A DNA stretch of 64,000 nt from Verrucomicrobiota bacterium. Its GTDB lineage: Bacteria; Verrucomicrobiota; Verrucomicrobiia; Limisphaerales; CANJSG01. The translations under genes and the position numbers were made by a program. The notes under the pieces are model-generated. The model saw only the letters and a program-made list of their open reading frames with translations, was not told the origin of the DNA and did not search any database. The stretch covers positions 64,001-128,000 of the forward strand of contig JBBQXJ010000001.1 in NCBI GenBank assembly GCA_038209745.1, in the 5' to 3' direction. Below, in pieces: positions 47,898-57,673 of the stretch (position 1 is the first letter of the stretch; each line of letters begins with the position of its first letter).

Positions 47898-50800
47898 TTT
47901 TTCGGACTCTTTCCACACCGGCACGAAGTGGAACCATTGTTCCGGATACTGGCGCAGGCTCGATTCGAAAGCGCGGAGGATCTCGCCCGTCAACTTGATG
48001 CGCACCGCGCGGTTGCCCAGGGCCGCGCGATCATACGGCACGGGCGGGAGGACTTCCGCCGAATAGACGCCGTCGATGCGGGGCAACACGACCGGCACAA
48101 TGGCGCAACCGGTCGCGCGCGCCAACTCGGCGGCCGAGATCGATGCGCTGAAAGGCCGACCAAACAGCTCCACCTCCACCGAGCCCGCGGCCGGCGGCCG
48201 GTCGACCAACAGGGCGACGCATTCCCCCGCTTGGAGCCGGCGGATGATTTCGACGAAGGCAAAAGGATCGTCTCCGACGACGAACGTCTCGATGCCCCAG
48301 CGCGCGCGGGCTTGTTGGCGGAGCTCCGTGAAGCCGTCGCCCGGCTCCGGTCGGGTGAGGACGAGCAGCTTGATCCCGCGCCGGGCGAGCAGGGGCGCGC
48401 CGAACTCCCAGTTGCCGAGATGCACCGTGACGAGGAGCACGCCGCGCTTGGCTTCGAGCGAGTCGCGGAGGTGTTCCCAACCCGCGAGGGGGCGCAGGCG
48501 TTGATCGATGGACTGGCCGGCTTCGTAGCGCCACAGGTCGCAGAGCTTGATGGCGAATTCGTCGAAGAGCCGGCCGGCGGCGGCTTCCGCTCCTGCGCCC
48601 ATGATCGGGCGAAGATTGTCCGCCACGATGCGGAGGCGGTCGGGGCGGAGACGTCGGTAGACGAAGACCCCGGTGCGGCTGAGCGCGAGGCAGACGGGGC
48701 GGGGAAGCAGGCGGACGAGCCGAAGGGCGGTCTTCCAGAGAGTGGCGGAATACAGGGTGGAGGCGGCTTTGACATCCACCGGCTGAACCGTCGTTCCGCC
48801 CGTCATCCTCCACCAGACCGGCAGCGCGAGGAGCGACACGCTCATCACACACACCACCCCGGCGGCGCAGACCTGTCCGAGGCTGGCGAGTCCGGCGTTT
48901 CCCGCCCAGGCGAGGGAGCCGAACCCGGCGACGGTCGTGCCGCCGCAGAGCGCCAGCGCCTTGCCGGTGGTGCGCCAAAGCTCCCGGGTGTCCCCGGCGT
49001 GCCGCCGCAGCGACATCTGCACGTGGAGCACGTAGTCGACTCCGGTTCCGAAGAGCAGCGGCAGCGCCATCAGGTTGAGCAGGTTCCAGGACCAGCCGGC
49101 GAGCTGCATCCAGGCCAGCAAAGCGACGACGCTGGTCGCGAGCGTGACGATACCGAGCAGCGTTTCGCGGAGATTGCGGAACGCGCCCCAGAGGCAGGCG
49201 ACCAGCAGCGCGACGATGCTCGCAAGCAACCAACGGAGGCGGTCGTCCACCCGCTCCAGAACCGTCGATCCCAGCAAGGACCAGCCCGTGACGATGGAGC
49301 CCTCCATGGCCGGGAAGTTCGGCGTGGCGTTCGTCGAGGGCGTGATGAGCCCAAGGGCGAACCAACCTTCGTCGTCATGCGCGGCAGCCTGCCCCGCGAC
49401 CCAGGCGGAGACCGCTCCGGTCGGCCAACCGTGGAAGGCGTTGGGTCGGGCCCAATGCGTCACGATGAGCTCGGAGAGCGCGAGCGAGTTGGACGAGAAT
49501 CCGGCACCGAGAACGGCGGCCCGCAGTGCGGGCCAACGGGCCGCCACGTCGGCCAACATCGCCCGGTTGGTCGGCTGGACCGAAGGATCGGACCACCAGG
49601 GCGTGGCGAGATTGAAGGACCGGATTTCACCGCGGTCCACCGCTGGCCCCAAGACCCGCTCGGCGGCATGGAGCCGGTCGGCCACCTCCTGCTCGCTCGT
49701 GCCGCGAGTCACGAGAAACAAGGGATCTTCCTGTCGGCCCAAGCGGCGTTGCAGCGTCTGGATCTCGGCGAAAGCGGCGCTGTTCTTCGGCCGCAGCGCA
49801 TCGGGCGACGGGTCGTGCCGGGGAATTCCCCGCACCACGAGGACCCCGGCAGCGGCGAGCAGGAGAATCGAGACCAACCCGCCTGCGGCCCGGTCCAGAA
49901 AAGATTTTCCACTTGGTTCCGAGGCGTGGGGCGACAGCGGGGAACCGTTTCCCGTTTGGGGCGCATTTCCAGCCAATGGCAGGAAGACATAGAGCATGAC
50001 CAAGACGCCGAGCCCGACGCCGAGCGCGACCAGGGTGCCGAGCTGGCCGAGGCCGGGCAGGCCGCCGAAATTCAGCAGCAGGAAGGCCCCGGCCGTGGTG
50101 ATTGCGGACCACGCCACGCCAGGCCAGACGTGGCGGCGCACTTCCGCCAACGAGGCGGCCGGATCGGCGACGCGCTCCTGGTATGCGACCAGGCCGTAGT
50201 CGACGATCAACCCGAGGAGAATGGCGGCGAAGCCGAGGCTGATGATGTTCATCTCGCCGAGCAGCAATCCGCCCAGCGCGAAGCTGACGTTCACCGCCAC
50301 GGCCAGACAGGCGACGAGCACCAGCAGCGGCCGCCAGCGGCGATGGGCCAGCCAGAAGAGCGCGGCGATCACGACCAGCGTGCCGGCGGCCGAGCGGGTC
50401 ATGTCCCGCTCCATGCCGTTGGCGACCTCGGAGGCGAAGACCGGTCCGCCGGTGTAGCCGATGGCCACGTTGTTTAGAGACGGGTCGTCGTCGCGAAGGT
50501 CGTGGACCCGGTGGCGAACGGTCTCCAGCCAGGCCGTCTCCGCCTTGTAGTCCGCCGGTGTCGCGGGCGGTTCCACGAAGAGGACCCGATACGTGCCATC
50601 GGCCGAGGCGAAGAGCCGTTGCGCGGAATCGAATTCCAGGCCGCCCCCTCCGGGAAGGTCCGACAGCCCGAGCGGATCGTAGCTGAGGCGGGCCAAGGCG
50701 CCGGGAGAAAGGGACACGGCCATTTCCTCCCGGGCCTCGTTCAGGTCGGAAGCGACGCGGCTTGGATCAAGCTTCTGCGCGAGTTGAAACGTGGCCGTCG

Positions 50801-51146
50801 GGTTCTGTTGCAACCGTGCCCACGCGAGGAACTCCCCGGCGGAAGCCGGATCGTCCAACCACGGCGGACGCCAGAGCACGCTGCGTGCGAGCTCCGATCG
50901 GGCCGAGAGATTCGTCGCGATCAGCCGGGCGGCGGCTTCGGCGGCGGGTGCGTTCGACGCGCTGATGGTGATGATCAGCTCATGCGCGGACGCGAAGTGC
51001 TTCTGGTGCAGCTTTAGTCCCTCGACCACCGGCAGGTCCCCGGGCAAAAGGCCGAGCACGTCGGTATCGAAATGCAGGCGCATCAATCCGGCACCGGACA
51101 GCAGCACGGTGATCAACGAGACGATCCAGGCGGTGCGACGTTTCAT
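47886..51146 (-). CDS. MMPL/RND-like exporter fused to an LpxL-like lysophospholipid acyltransferase
   Basis: TDVLGLLP, DPLGL, FAAILLGLIVDYG, SAITTAGAF, GTGVDYVLH, GFGSL..GLASLG; C-terminal HLGNWE, ALLVDR, VELFG, YPEQWFHF. Confidence 0.88.
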   Translation of the reverse strand: MKRRTAWIVSLITVLLSGAGLMRLHFDTDVLGLLPGDLPVVEGLKLHQKHFASAHELIITISASNAPAAEAAARLIATNLSARSELARSVLWRPPWLDDPASAGEFLAWARLQQNPTATFQLAQKLDPSRVASDLNEAREEMAVSLSPGALARLSYDPLGLSDLPGGGGLEFDSAQRLFASADGTYRVLFVEPPATPADYKAETAWLETVRHRVHDLRDDDPSLNNVAIGYTGGPVFASEVANGMERDMTRSAAGTLVVIAALFWLAHRRWRPLLVLVACLAVAVNVSFALGGLLLGEMNIISLGFAAILLGLIVDYGLVAYQERVADPAASLAEVRRHVWPGVAWSAITTAGAFLLLNFGGLPGLGQLGTLVALGVGLGVLVMLYVFLPLAGNAPQTGNGSPLSPHASEPSGKSFLDRAAGGLVSILLLAAAGVLVVRGIPRHDPSPDALRPKNSAAFAEIQTLQRRLGRQEDPLFLVTRGTSEQEVADRLHAAERVLGPAVDRGEIRSFNLATPWWSDPSVQPTNRAMLADVAARWPALRAAVLGAGFSSNSLALSELIVTHWARPNAFHGWPTGAVSAWVAGQAAAHDDEGWFALGLITPSTNATPNFPAMEGSIVTGWSLLGSTVLERVDDRLRWLLASIVALLVACLWGAFRNLRETLLGIVTLATSVVALLAWMQLAGWSWNLLNLMALPLLFGTGVDYVLHVQMSLRRHAGDTRELWRTTGKALALCGGTTVAGFGSLAWAGNAGLASLGQVCAAGVVCVMSVSLLALPVWWRMTGGTTVQPVDVKAASTLYSATLWKTALRLVRLLPRPVCLALSRTGVFVYRRLRPDRLRIVADNLRPIMGAGAEAAAGRLFDEFAIKLCDLWRYEAGQSIDQRLRPLAGWEHLRDSLEAKRGVLLVTVHLGNWEFGAPLLARRGIKLLVLTRPEPGDGFTELRQQARARWGIETFVVGDDPFAFVEIIRRLQAGECVALLVDRPPAAGSVEVELFGRPFSASISAAELARATGCAIVPVVLPRIDGVYSAEVLPPVPYDRAALGNRAVRIKLTGEILRAFESSLRQYPEQWFHFVPVWKESEKNHR

Positions 51147-51204
51147 GCGGTCGAGTCGGTGCGCGGAGACTGCGCGCGGAGGCTACGCGGGTGTGCTGGA
51201 TGGA

Positions 51205-51696
51205 TCACGGAGCGACCCCTTCCAGTTGCTCGCCAGTTCTTGAATGGGTCAGCGTCCAGTGGCCGCCCGGCTGGGTCGTGGCTTGCCAGGGCCCGCTTCC
51301 GTGGGTCGGTGGCAGGGTGGCGAGCTGGAACCAAGGAAGCGTCGCGGGCGGAGTTCCGCGTCCACCGTAGCCGCCTTTGCGCAGCGAGGAGCTCAGGGTC
51401 CAACCGGCGGAGGTTTGGCGGGCGACGATGATCGGCAGGCCGCCTTTGCTGAACTGCACGAAGAGCGATCCGTCATCGACGCGGTGCGCCCAAAGAAGTT
51501 CTCCGGTGAGTTCTTGCGCTTTGGCCGACGGCCGCCAGATCGCGGGAATCTCCTGCACCGTCCAACCCGGTGCCGAGAAGTCGGCCGGTGGAAGCTTCGG
51601 CGCGACGCAGCCGACGGTGACGAGGGTCAGAAGGGCCCAAATGGCGTTGGCTTGGACGGAGCGCCGGACCTTGATTCTGTGTTCTTCGGTGGCCAT
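51205..51696 (-). CDS. Hypothetical lipoprotein
   Basis: Lipobox-like LVTVGC; co-oriented within the halogenase-MMPL cluster. Confidence 0.65.
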   Translation of the reverse strand: MATEEHRIKVRRSVQANAIWALLTLVTVGCVAPKLPPADFSAPGWTVQEIPAIWRPSAKAQELTGELLWAHRVDDGSLFVQFSKGGLPIIVARQTSAGWTLSSSLRKGGYGGRGTPPATLPWFQLATLPPTHGSGPWQATTQPGGHWTLTHSRTGEQLEGVAP

Positions 51697-51732
51697 CGCT
51701 GGGAGTTTCTTTCGACGAAGTTGGAACCGGCT

Positions 51733-53031
51733 TCAGCGCGCCATCGGCTGCGGTTCGACGGATCCCTCGGGCACTGGCTGGAAGGAGACACGGGGCACGA
51801 GCGGCCAGCGGGCTTGGAGCCGGACGATCCAGAAGAAGGCCCGCAACCGCCACTTCATGCGCCAGCCGCCTTCGAGTTCGCCGGCCAGGACAGCGTTGAC
51901 GGCGGCGGGAAGGTTCCACTTGTTCCGCGGTTCGAGGAACACCTCCATGAACGGCGTGGTGTAGAAGTTCTCCACCATTTCCCAATAGAGGCCCATGGCC
52001 GAGCGGATCCGCTTTTCGTAGCGGGCCAAGAGCGGCGCGCCATCGAGTCCAGCGGCGAGCGCCGTGGTGATGGCTTCGGCGGCGAGCTTGCCCGAGAACA
52101 TCGCGAGGTAGACACCGGCGGAGAAGATCGGATCCATGAAACCGGCGGCGTCGCCGATGCGGACCAGGCGCGGACCGACGAGGCGGCGGTTCCGGTAGCT
52201 AAAGTCTCCGGTCGCCTGGATCGAGCCGAGAAGAGAGGCGGTCTGCATCCGTTCACGCATCGGCTGGCTGGACCGGACCCAATGGTTGAAGGCTTCGGGG
52301 GGCGACACCTTCATGGCGCTGAATTCGTCGCGGTCCATGACGCAGCCGATGGAGGTCTTCTCCGCCGAGACCGGGATCAACCAGAACCACTTGTTCTCCA
52401 GCCGCACGATCACGGTGTCGCCTCCCTTGGAACAGGGGTCGCGCCGCACGCCGTGGAAGTGGCCGAAGAGGGCGACCTTCTTCAGGCGCGGATGAACCTC
52501 GCGCAGACCTTCCTGGTTGCCGGTGAGGTTGCCGCGTCCGCTGGCGTCCACGAGGAACGACGCGGTCAACAAATGCGTCGAGCCGTCGGGCGCGGTGGCG
52601 TCCACGCGGACCCCGTCGGGCACATTGGAGAATCGAGACACGCTCCAGCCTTCCCGAACTTCGGCGCCCGAGCCGCGGGCGTGCTTGAGCAGGATGTGGT
52701 CGAAGGTGGCGCGCTCGACCTGGATGGCTTCGGTCTGGCGGGTGAAGGCGCCCTGGCTGAAGACGAAGGCGGTGGACTTGGAGCCGTTGCCCAAATGGAA
52801 CTGCGCTCCGAGCTTGCGGACGAATCCTTGGTTCTGGAGCGCCGGGAGCACGCCCATCTCGGCGAGAAGGCTCTGGTTGTAGGGCAGGAGCGATTCGCCG
52901 ATGTGGAAGCGAGGGAACACTTCCTTCTCCAACAGCAGGACCCGCCGGCCGGCCTTCGCGAGGAAGGTCGCCGCCGCGCTGCCGCCCGGCCCGCCGCCGA
53001 TGATGATGGCGTCCCATGCCGTCTCGCTCAT
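51733..53031 (-). CDS. Flavin-dependent halogenase-family NAD(P)/FAD oxidoreductase
   Basis: GGGPGG, FPRFHIGESLLP, FVRKLGA (candidate catalytic Lys), VERATFD, WFWLIP, GDAAGFMDPIFSAGV. Confidence 0.85.
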   Translation of the reverse strand: MSETAWDAIIIGGGPGGSAAATFLAKAGRRVLLLEKEVFPRFHIGESLLPYNQSLLAEMGVLPALQNQGFVRKLGAQFHLGNGSKSTAFVFSQGAFTRQTEAIQVERATFDHILLKHARGSGAEVREGWSVSRFSNVPDGVRVDATAPDGSTHLLTASFLVDASGRGNLTGNQEGLREVHPRLKKVALFGHFHGVRRDPCSKGGDTVIVRLENKWFWLIPVSAEKTSIGCVMDRDEFSAMKVSPPEAFNHWVRSSQPMRERMQTASLLGSIQATGDFSYRNRRLVGPRLVRIGDAAGFMDPIFSAGVYLAMFSGKLAAEAITTALAAGLDGAPLLARYEKRIRSAMGLYWEMVENFYTTPFMEVFLEPRNKWNLPAAVNAVLAGELEGGWRMKWRLRAFFWIVRLQARWPLVPRVSFQPVPEGSVEPQPMAR

Positions 53032-53117
53032 GGAGGAATTAAGCCGGGGGCGGGCGGGCGGAGTCAGCTTTTTAATGACTCGACGATGGACGGCTTCTCC
53101 GACCGCGCCGCGCGGAA

Positions 53118-53543
53118 TCACACCTCGATGGTGGCGTCCATCGTCACCTTGGCATTGAGCAGGCGGGAGATGGGGCAGCCGGCTTTGGCGGCGTTCGCGA
53201 TCTCCAGGACCTTCGCCTTGTCGGCTCCGGGAATCTTCGCGGTCACGTCGAGATGCGACTCGACGACGGTGAAGCCCGCGTCGGTCTTGGCCATCGTGAT
53301 GGTGGCAGTGGTGGCGATGGAATCGGGCGTCAGGCCGGCTTTGCCGAGCTCCGCCGAGAAGGCCATCGAAAAGCAGCCGGCGTGGGCCGCGCCGACAAGC
53401 TCCTCGGGATTGGTGCCCTTGCCTTCTTCAAACCGGGTGCTGAACGAGTATTGGACTTGGTCCAACACGCCGCTCTCGGTGGAGAGAGTGCCTTTGCCGT
53501 CCTTCAAGCTTCCCTGCCAATGGGCCGATGCTGTGCGTTTCAT
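53118..53543 (-). CDS. osmC: OsmC family peroxiredoxin
   Basis: WQGSLKDGKG, GTNPEELVGAAHAGCFSMA, AKAGCPISR. Confidence 0.93.
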   Translation of the reverse strand: MKRTASAHWQGSLKDGKGTLSTESGVLDQVQYSFSTRFEEGKGTNPEELVGAAHAGCFSMAFSAELGKAGLTPDSIATTATITMAKTDAGFTVVESHLDVTAKIPGADKAKVLEIANAAKAGCPISRLLNAKVTMDATIEV

Positions 53544-53688
53544 TATGTTTTGGTTGGGGTGGGGGTGGCGTTTACCACGATCGCGCTAAACTGGCTTCGA
53601 TTTTCGCCCGTGCAAGCGTCTCCCGATCCGCCAGGGCCGGGACGAAGGCGGTGCTTCCATTTTAAGATCGGCCGGGAAGGATGGCGCT

Positions 53689-54723
53689 ATGCCGAGCGAA
53701 CAAACCTCTTTGGATCCGAGCTCCATCCTCCAGACGGCGTTCTCCTTCTGGTCCTCCAAGGTCCTGCTCACGGCCGTCGAGTTCGGCCTGTTCACTCGGC
53801 TCGGCGACCGCCGGCTCACAGGGTCGGAGCTGGGCGATGAACTGGGCCTGCATCCCCGCGCCGTCGCGGACTTCTTCGACGCGCTGGTGGCGATGAAGTT
53901 CCTGGGCCGTGACGGCGACGGGGCGGCGGCGCAGTATTGCAACACTCCGGCCGGTGCGCTTTTTCTGGACCGCAAAAGCCCACGCTATGTCGGCGGGATG
54001 CTAGAGATGCTCAACGCCCGGCTCTTCAAGTTCTGGCACGATCTGCCGGAGGCGTTGCGAACGGGCCAGCCGCAGAACGAGGCGAAGCACGGGCAGAAGG
54101 GCGTCTTCGAGGAGCTCTACGCGGATCTGCCGAGGCTTGAGCAGTTCATGGGCGCGATGACCGGCCTGTCCCGGATCAACTTCGAGGTCTTCGCGACGAA
54201 GTTCGACTTCTCCCGCTACCAGACGCTGTGCGACGTGGGCGGCGCGACCGGTCTGCTCTGCATCGAGGCGGCCAAGCAGCATTCGCATCTGCGCTGCGTC
54301 TCGTTCGACCTGCCGCCGGTGGAGCCCATCGCCCGGCGGCACATCGCCGCGACCGGCCTGTCGGATCGGATCACCGCCGCAGCGGGGGACTTCTTCACGG
54401 ATCCGTTGCCCAAGTCGGACGTGATCACGATGGGGATGATCCTCCACGACTGGAACCTGGAGAAGAAGAAGCACCTCGTCCGGGCCGCCTACGAAGCACT
54501 GCCGGTGGGCGGCGCGCTGGTCGCCATCGAGGCGCTGATCGACGACGCACGGAGGGAGAATGTCTTCGGCCTGTTGATGTCGCTGAACATGTTGATCGAA
54601 TTCGGAGACGCCTTTGATTTCTCGGCGGCGGACTTCCGTGGTTGGTGCATGGAGGCGGGTTTCACCCGGTTCGAGACGATCCACCTGAACGGCGCCCATG
54701 GCGCGGCGGTCGCCTACAAATAG
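53689..54723 (+). CDS. SAM-dependent O-methyltransferase (dimerization domain plus methyltransferase type 2)
   Basis: SKVLLTAVEFGLF, DVGGATG, FDLP, GDFF, ILHDW, LMSLNML. Confidence 0.9.
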   Translation: MPSEQTSLDPSSILQTAFSFWSSKVLLTAVEFGLFTRLGDRRLTGSELGDELGLHPRAVADFFDALVAMKFLGRDGDGAAAQYCNTPAGALFLDRKSPRYVGGMLEMLNARLFKFWHDLPEALRTGQPQNEAKHGQKGVFEELYADLPRLEQFMGAMTGLSRINFEVFATKFDFSRYQTLCDVGGATGLLCIEAAKQHSHLRCVSFDLPPVEPIARRHIAATGLSDRITAAAGDFFTDPLPKSDVITMGMILHDWNLEKKKHLVRAAYEALPVGGALVAIEALIDDARRENVFGLLMSLNMLIEFGDAFDFSAADFRGWCMEAGFTRFETIHLNGAHGAAVAYK

Positions 54724-54752
54724 GGCCCTCGCCGTCGACGCGCGCCGGTGAT

Positions 54753-55242
54753 CAGGGTCTTTTGTTTTGAGGGGCTCAAGGGGCGACGAGGTCGAGGGAG
54801 CGGGCGGGTCTGGAGCGGAGGTGCTCGCGGATCTCGGGAAGCGAGTCATTGGGGAAGGGGTCGGCCCCGAGGGCCAGGAGGGCGGGGTTGGTCAGCAGGT
54901 TGGGCTTGCGACTGCGGGAGCGGTCCTCGCCCATGAGCGCGTAGCAGCCCGGTCCCCAGACCCACCGCGCCACGACCTGCCCGTCGAACTCGACGACCTG
55001 ACGGAGGCAATCACCGACCGGGTGGCCCGCGCCCGGAGAATGGTGCGTTGCCCGTTGCGCGTCGAACCACCCAGTCTCCTCCGGGCCCGAAACCCGCACG
55101 TGGCTCGCCAGCCGGGTCGTCGTTGGAACCGCGTCCCATGCTTTCATCCCACCCCGCCGAACCAAAAAAAACGCGTTCGGGTTCAGCCAAACCTCCCCGT
55201 CTTGCGGCTCAGCGTCTTCGGCCGTAGAAAAAAAGAACCCTG
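54753..55242 (-). mobile_element. Internally deleted ISAs1-family element (MITE-like), 490 bp
   Basis: TIRs CAGGGTCTTTTGTTTT / CAGGGTTCTTTTTTTC; flanks CGCCGGTGAT (54743-54752) and GGCCGGTGAT (55243-55252); ORF 54776-55147 joins a DUF4338-like N-terminus to an ISAs1-like C-terminus (GEDRSRSR..NL). Confidence 0.75.
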
Positions 55243-55307
55243 GGCCGGTGATGAGGCGTCGCTCATTTCGGTTGAAGCTCCCTCCGGGTCGCCCACTCTA
55301 ACCGCCC

Positions 55308-56558
55308 ATGAACCTCCTCCCGCAGGTCGTCGCCCTTTTGCTGGCCGCTTCCGCGCCCGCCGCCGATTGGCCCCAGTGGATGGGCCCGCATCGGGACGGC
55401 CACGCCGGCGCCGGCACCTTCTCGGCCACGACCCTGCCGCCCGCCGCCGAACCCGTGTGGAAGCACGCCATTGGCGGGGGCTTCTCCTCGCCCGTCGTCG
55501 TCGGTGATCGCGTGGTCTATTGCGACATCCAGAACGACCAGGAAGTCGCCCACGCCGTCGAACTGGCCACCGGCAAGGAACTCTGGGCGACGAAGTATTC
55601 CGCCGCCTTTGGCGACGAATGGGGTCCAGGTCCGCGAGCCACTCCGGTGGTCGATGGCGACCGCGTCTACGTCCAATCGTGCGTCGGCGAGTTTCGCTGC
55701 CTGGATTTGAAGGACGGCAAGGTCCGTTGGGGAACCAGTTTCGAGAAGGATTTCGGCGTCCGCTTCCTCGGCAACAAGGCCAACGAAGGCACCGCCGCCC
55801 GTCGTGGGAACAACGGCACCGGCGTGGTCAATGGCGACACGATCTATGTGCCTGTCGGCTCGACCTCCGGCGCGTCGCTCGTCGCCTTCGACAAGCTGAC
55901 CGGCAAGGTTCTCTGGAAGTCGGGCGACGACGAAGCCGCCTACGCCGCGCTCCAGATCGCCGACTTCGCCGGCACCCCACAGGTCGTCTACTTCACGGCC
56001 GACGCGCTCTGCGGCTTCGCCTGTGCCGATGGCAAACCCCTCTGGCGCGTGCCTCTCCGCACCAACGCCAAGCGGCACGCCGCGACTCCGCTCCTGCTGG
56101 GCGACCGCGTTGTGGTGAACTCCCACACCTTTGGCACCCTGGCCTTCGAAGTCGGAAAGTCCGGCGACGCCTGGACCGCCAACAAGGCCGCGTCGAATCC
56201 CCAGATGAAGATCAACCTCGCGAGCCTGGTCGCCATCGGCGGCCATCTCTACGGCCATGGCCAGAGCCGCAACTTCGTCTGCCTCGACGCCGGCACCTTG
56301 AAGCAGGCGTGGGCCCAGGACGGATTCGGCAAGGAGCTCTCCTCCACCATCGCCCTCGACGACCAGCGCCTCCTCGTCCTGACCGATCTCGGCGAAATGG
56401 TCCTCGTGGCCGCCGATCCCAAGGAATACCGCGAGCTCGGCCGCCTCCAAGTCTGCGGCAAAACGTGGAGCATGCCCGCCGTCGCCGGCGACCACGTCGT
56501 CGTCCGTGAGGGGTTGACCGACGGGTGGAAACTCAGCTGCTGGAACTTCGGGAAATGA
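55308..56558 (+). CDS. PQQ-like beta-propeller repeat protein
   Basis: ADWPQWMGP.RDG, GGFSSPVV, GPRATPVV, AFDKLTGKVLW, KTWSMP. Confidence 0.88.
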   Translation: MNLLPQVVALLLAASAPAADWPQWMGPHRDGHAGAGTFSATTLPPAAEPVWKHAIGGGFSSPVVVGDRVVYCDIQNDQEVAHAVELATGKELWATKYSAAFGDEWGPGPRATPVVDGDRVYVQSCVGEFRCLDLKDGKVRWGTSFEKDFGVRFLGNKANEGTAARRGNNGTGVVNGDTIYVPVGSTSGASLVAFDKLTGKVLWKSGDDEAAYAALQIADFAGTPQVVYFTADALCGFACADGKPLWRVPLRTNAKRHAATPLLLGDRVVVNSHTFGTLAFEVGKSGDAWTANKAASNPQMKINLASLVAIGGHLYGHGQSRNFVCLDAGTLKQAWAQDGFGKELSSTIALDDQRLLVLTDLGEMVLVAADPKEYRELGRLQVCGKTWSMPAVAGDHVVVREGLTDGWKLSCWNFGK

Positions 56559-56686
56559 GCCGACGGTAGCGGCCGGCGTCGGTGGATGAAGCGCGCAAAT
56601 ATTCCAAGGAACAGCGGCCGTCGAATGGGAAAGACGGCCACGCGAGACGAAGGCCGGCAAGGATCGAGGCGAGCCGCCTCGATCCC

Positions 56687-57673
56687 TCACTTGCTGGGAT
56701 CGGTGAGTGCCCCGGTCCCGCTTTGGGAAACGGGGGCCTTGGTCAAATCCTCCAGCGCCGCCTCCACCGTCGGGAATCGGAATTTGAAGCCCGATCCCAG
56801 AAGCCGCCCCGGCACGACCCGCCGGCTCTTCAGCAACAGCTCCGTTTCCGTTCGCAGAAAGAAGGCGCCGACCGCCAGCATCCACCGCGCGGCCGGCAGT
56901 CCGATTCCCGGTCCGAACCGCCGACGGAAGAGACGCATCCACTCGGCGTTGAAAATGGGATTCGGCGCGGCGAGGTTCACCGCGCCGTTCAACTCCGGAT
57001 GTCGGATCAACCAGTCGATGGCGCGGGCGAAGTCCGTCTCGTGCAGCCAGCTCATGTAGTGCCGGCCGTTGGCCAAGGTTCCGCCCAGTCCGAGACGCGC
57101 GAGCCATTTGAACGGTTGAAAGACGCCGCCGTTCCGCCCCAGCACCATCGCCGTCCGCAGCAGGACGCGCCGGGTCACGGGAGTTTCCGCCGCCATGACT
57201 TCGGCTTCCCAGGCCAGGCAGACGTCCACTGAAAACCCCTTGCCGATCTCGCCCGCGGCTTCGTCCATCGATCGGTCCTCCGCATGGCGATAGATCGTGG
57301 CGGAGCTGCTGTTCAACCACACTGCGGGCGGTTGGCGACACGCAGCGATGGCCTGACCGAGGACGCGCGTCGAACGAAGGCGGCTCTCCAGGATCAACCG
57401 ACGGTTCTGCTCGTGGTAGCGACAGTCCACGCTGCGTCCCGCCAGGTTGATGACGGCGGTCGCGCCTTCCAGTTCGGTCGTCCATGGCCCGAGATTTTCC
57501 CCGTCCCAGACGACCTGCTTCACGTTCAGTCCTTCGACCCTCCGGCGAACCAATGCCACCACCTCGTCTCCCTTTTCCGAGAACCACTCCACCAATCCGC
57601 GCCCGAGGAAACCGTTCGCGGCCGTGATGACGATGCGACGTGGCGCGGAGCTGGATCGAGGATCGGGCTTCAT
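56687..57673 (-). CDS. TIGR01777 family NAD-dependent epimerase-like oxidoreductase (DUF1731)
   Basis: ITAANGFLG, INLAGRSVDCRY, SSATIYRH, VCLAWE, LRTAMVLG, MSWLH, LLKSRRVVP.RLL..GF.F. Confidence 0.9.
   Translation of the reverse strand: MKPDPRSSSAPRRIVITAANGFLGRGLVEWFSEKGDEVVALVRRRVEGLNVKQVVWDGENLGPWTTELEGATAVINLAGRSVDCRYHEQNRRLILESRLRSTRVLGQAIAACRQPPAVWLNSSSATIYRHAEDRSMDEAAGEIGKGFSVDVCLAWEAEVMAAETPVTRRVLLRTAMVLGRNGGVFQPFKWLARLGLGGTLANGRHYMSWLHETDFARAIDWLIRHPELNGAVNLAAPNPIFNAEWMRLFRRRFGPGIGLPAARWMLAVGAFFLRTETELLLKSRRVVPGRLLGSGFKFRFPTVEAALEDLTKAPVSQSGTGALTDPSK

Noticed and set aside
54776..55165. Druantia anti-phage system (DruA-like sequence)
   Set aside because: Only a short DUF4338-like fragment inside IS ends; no other dru genes
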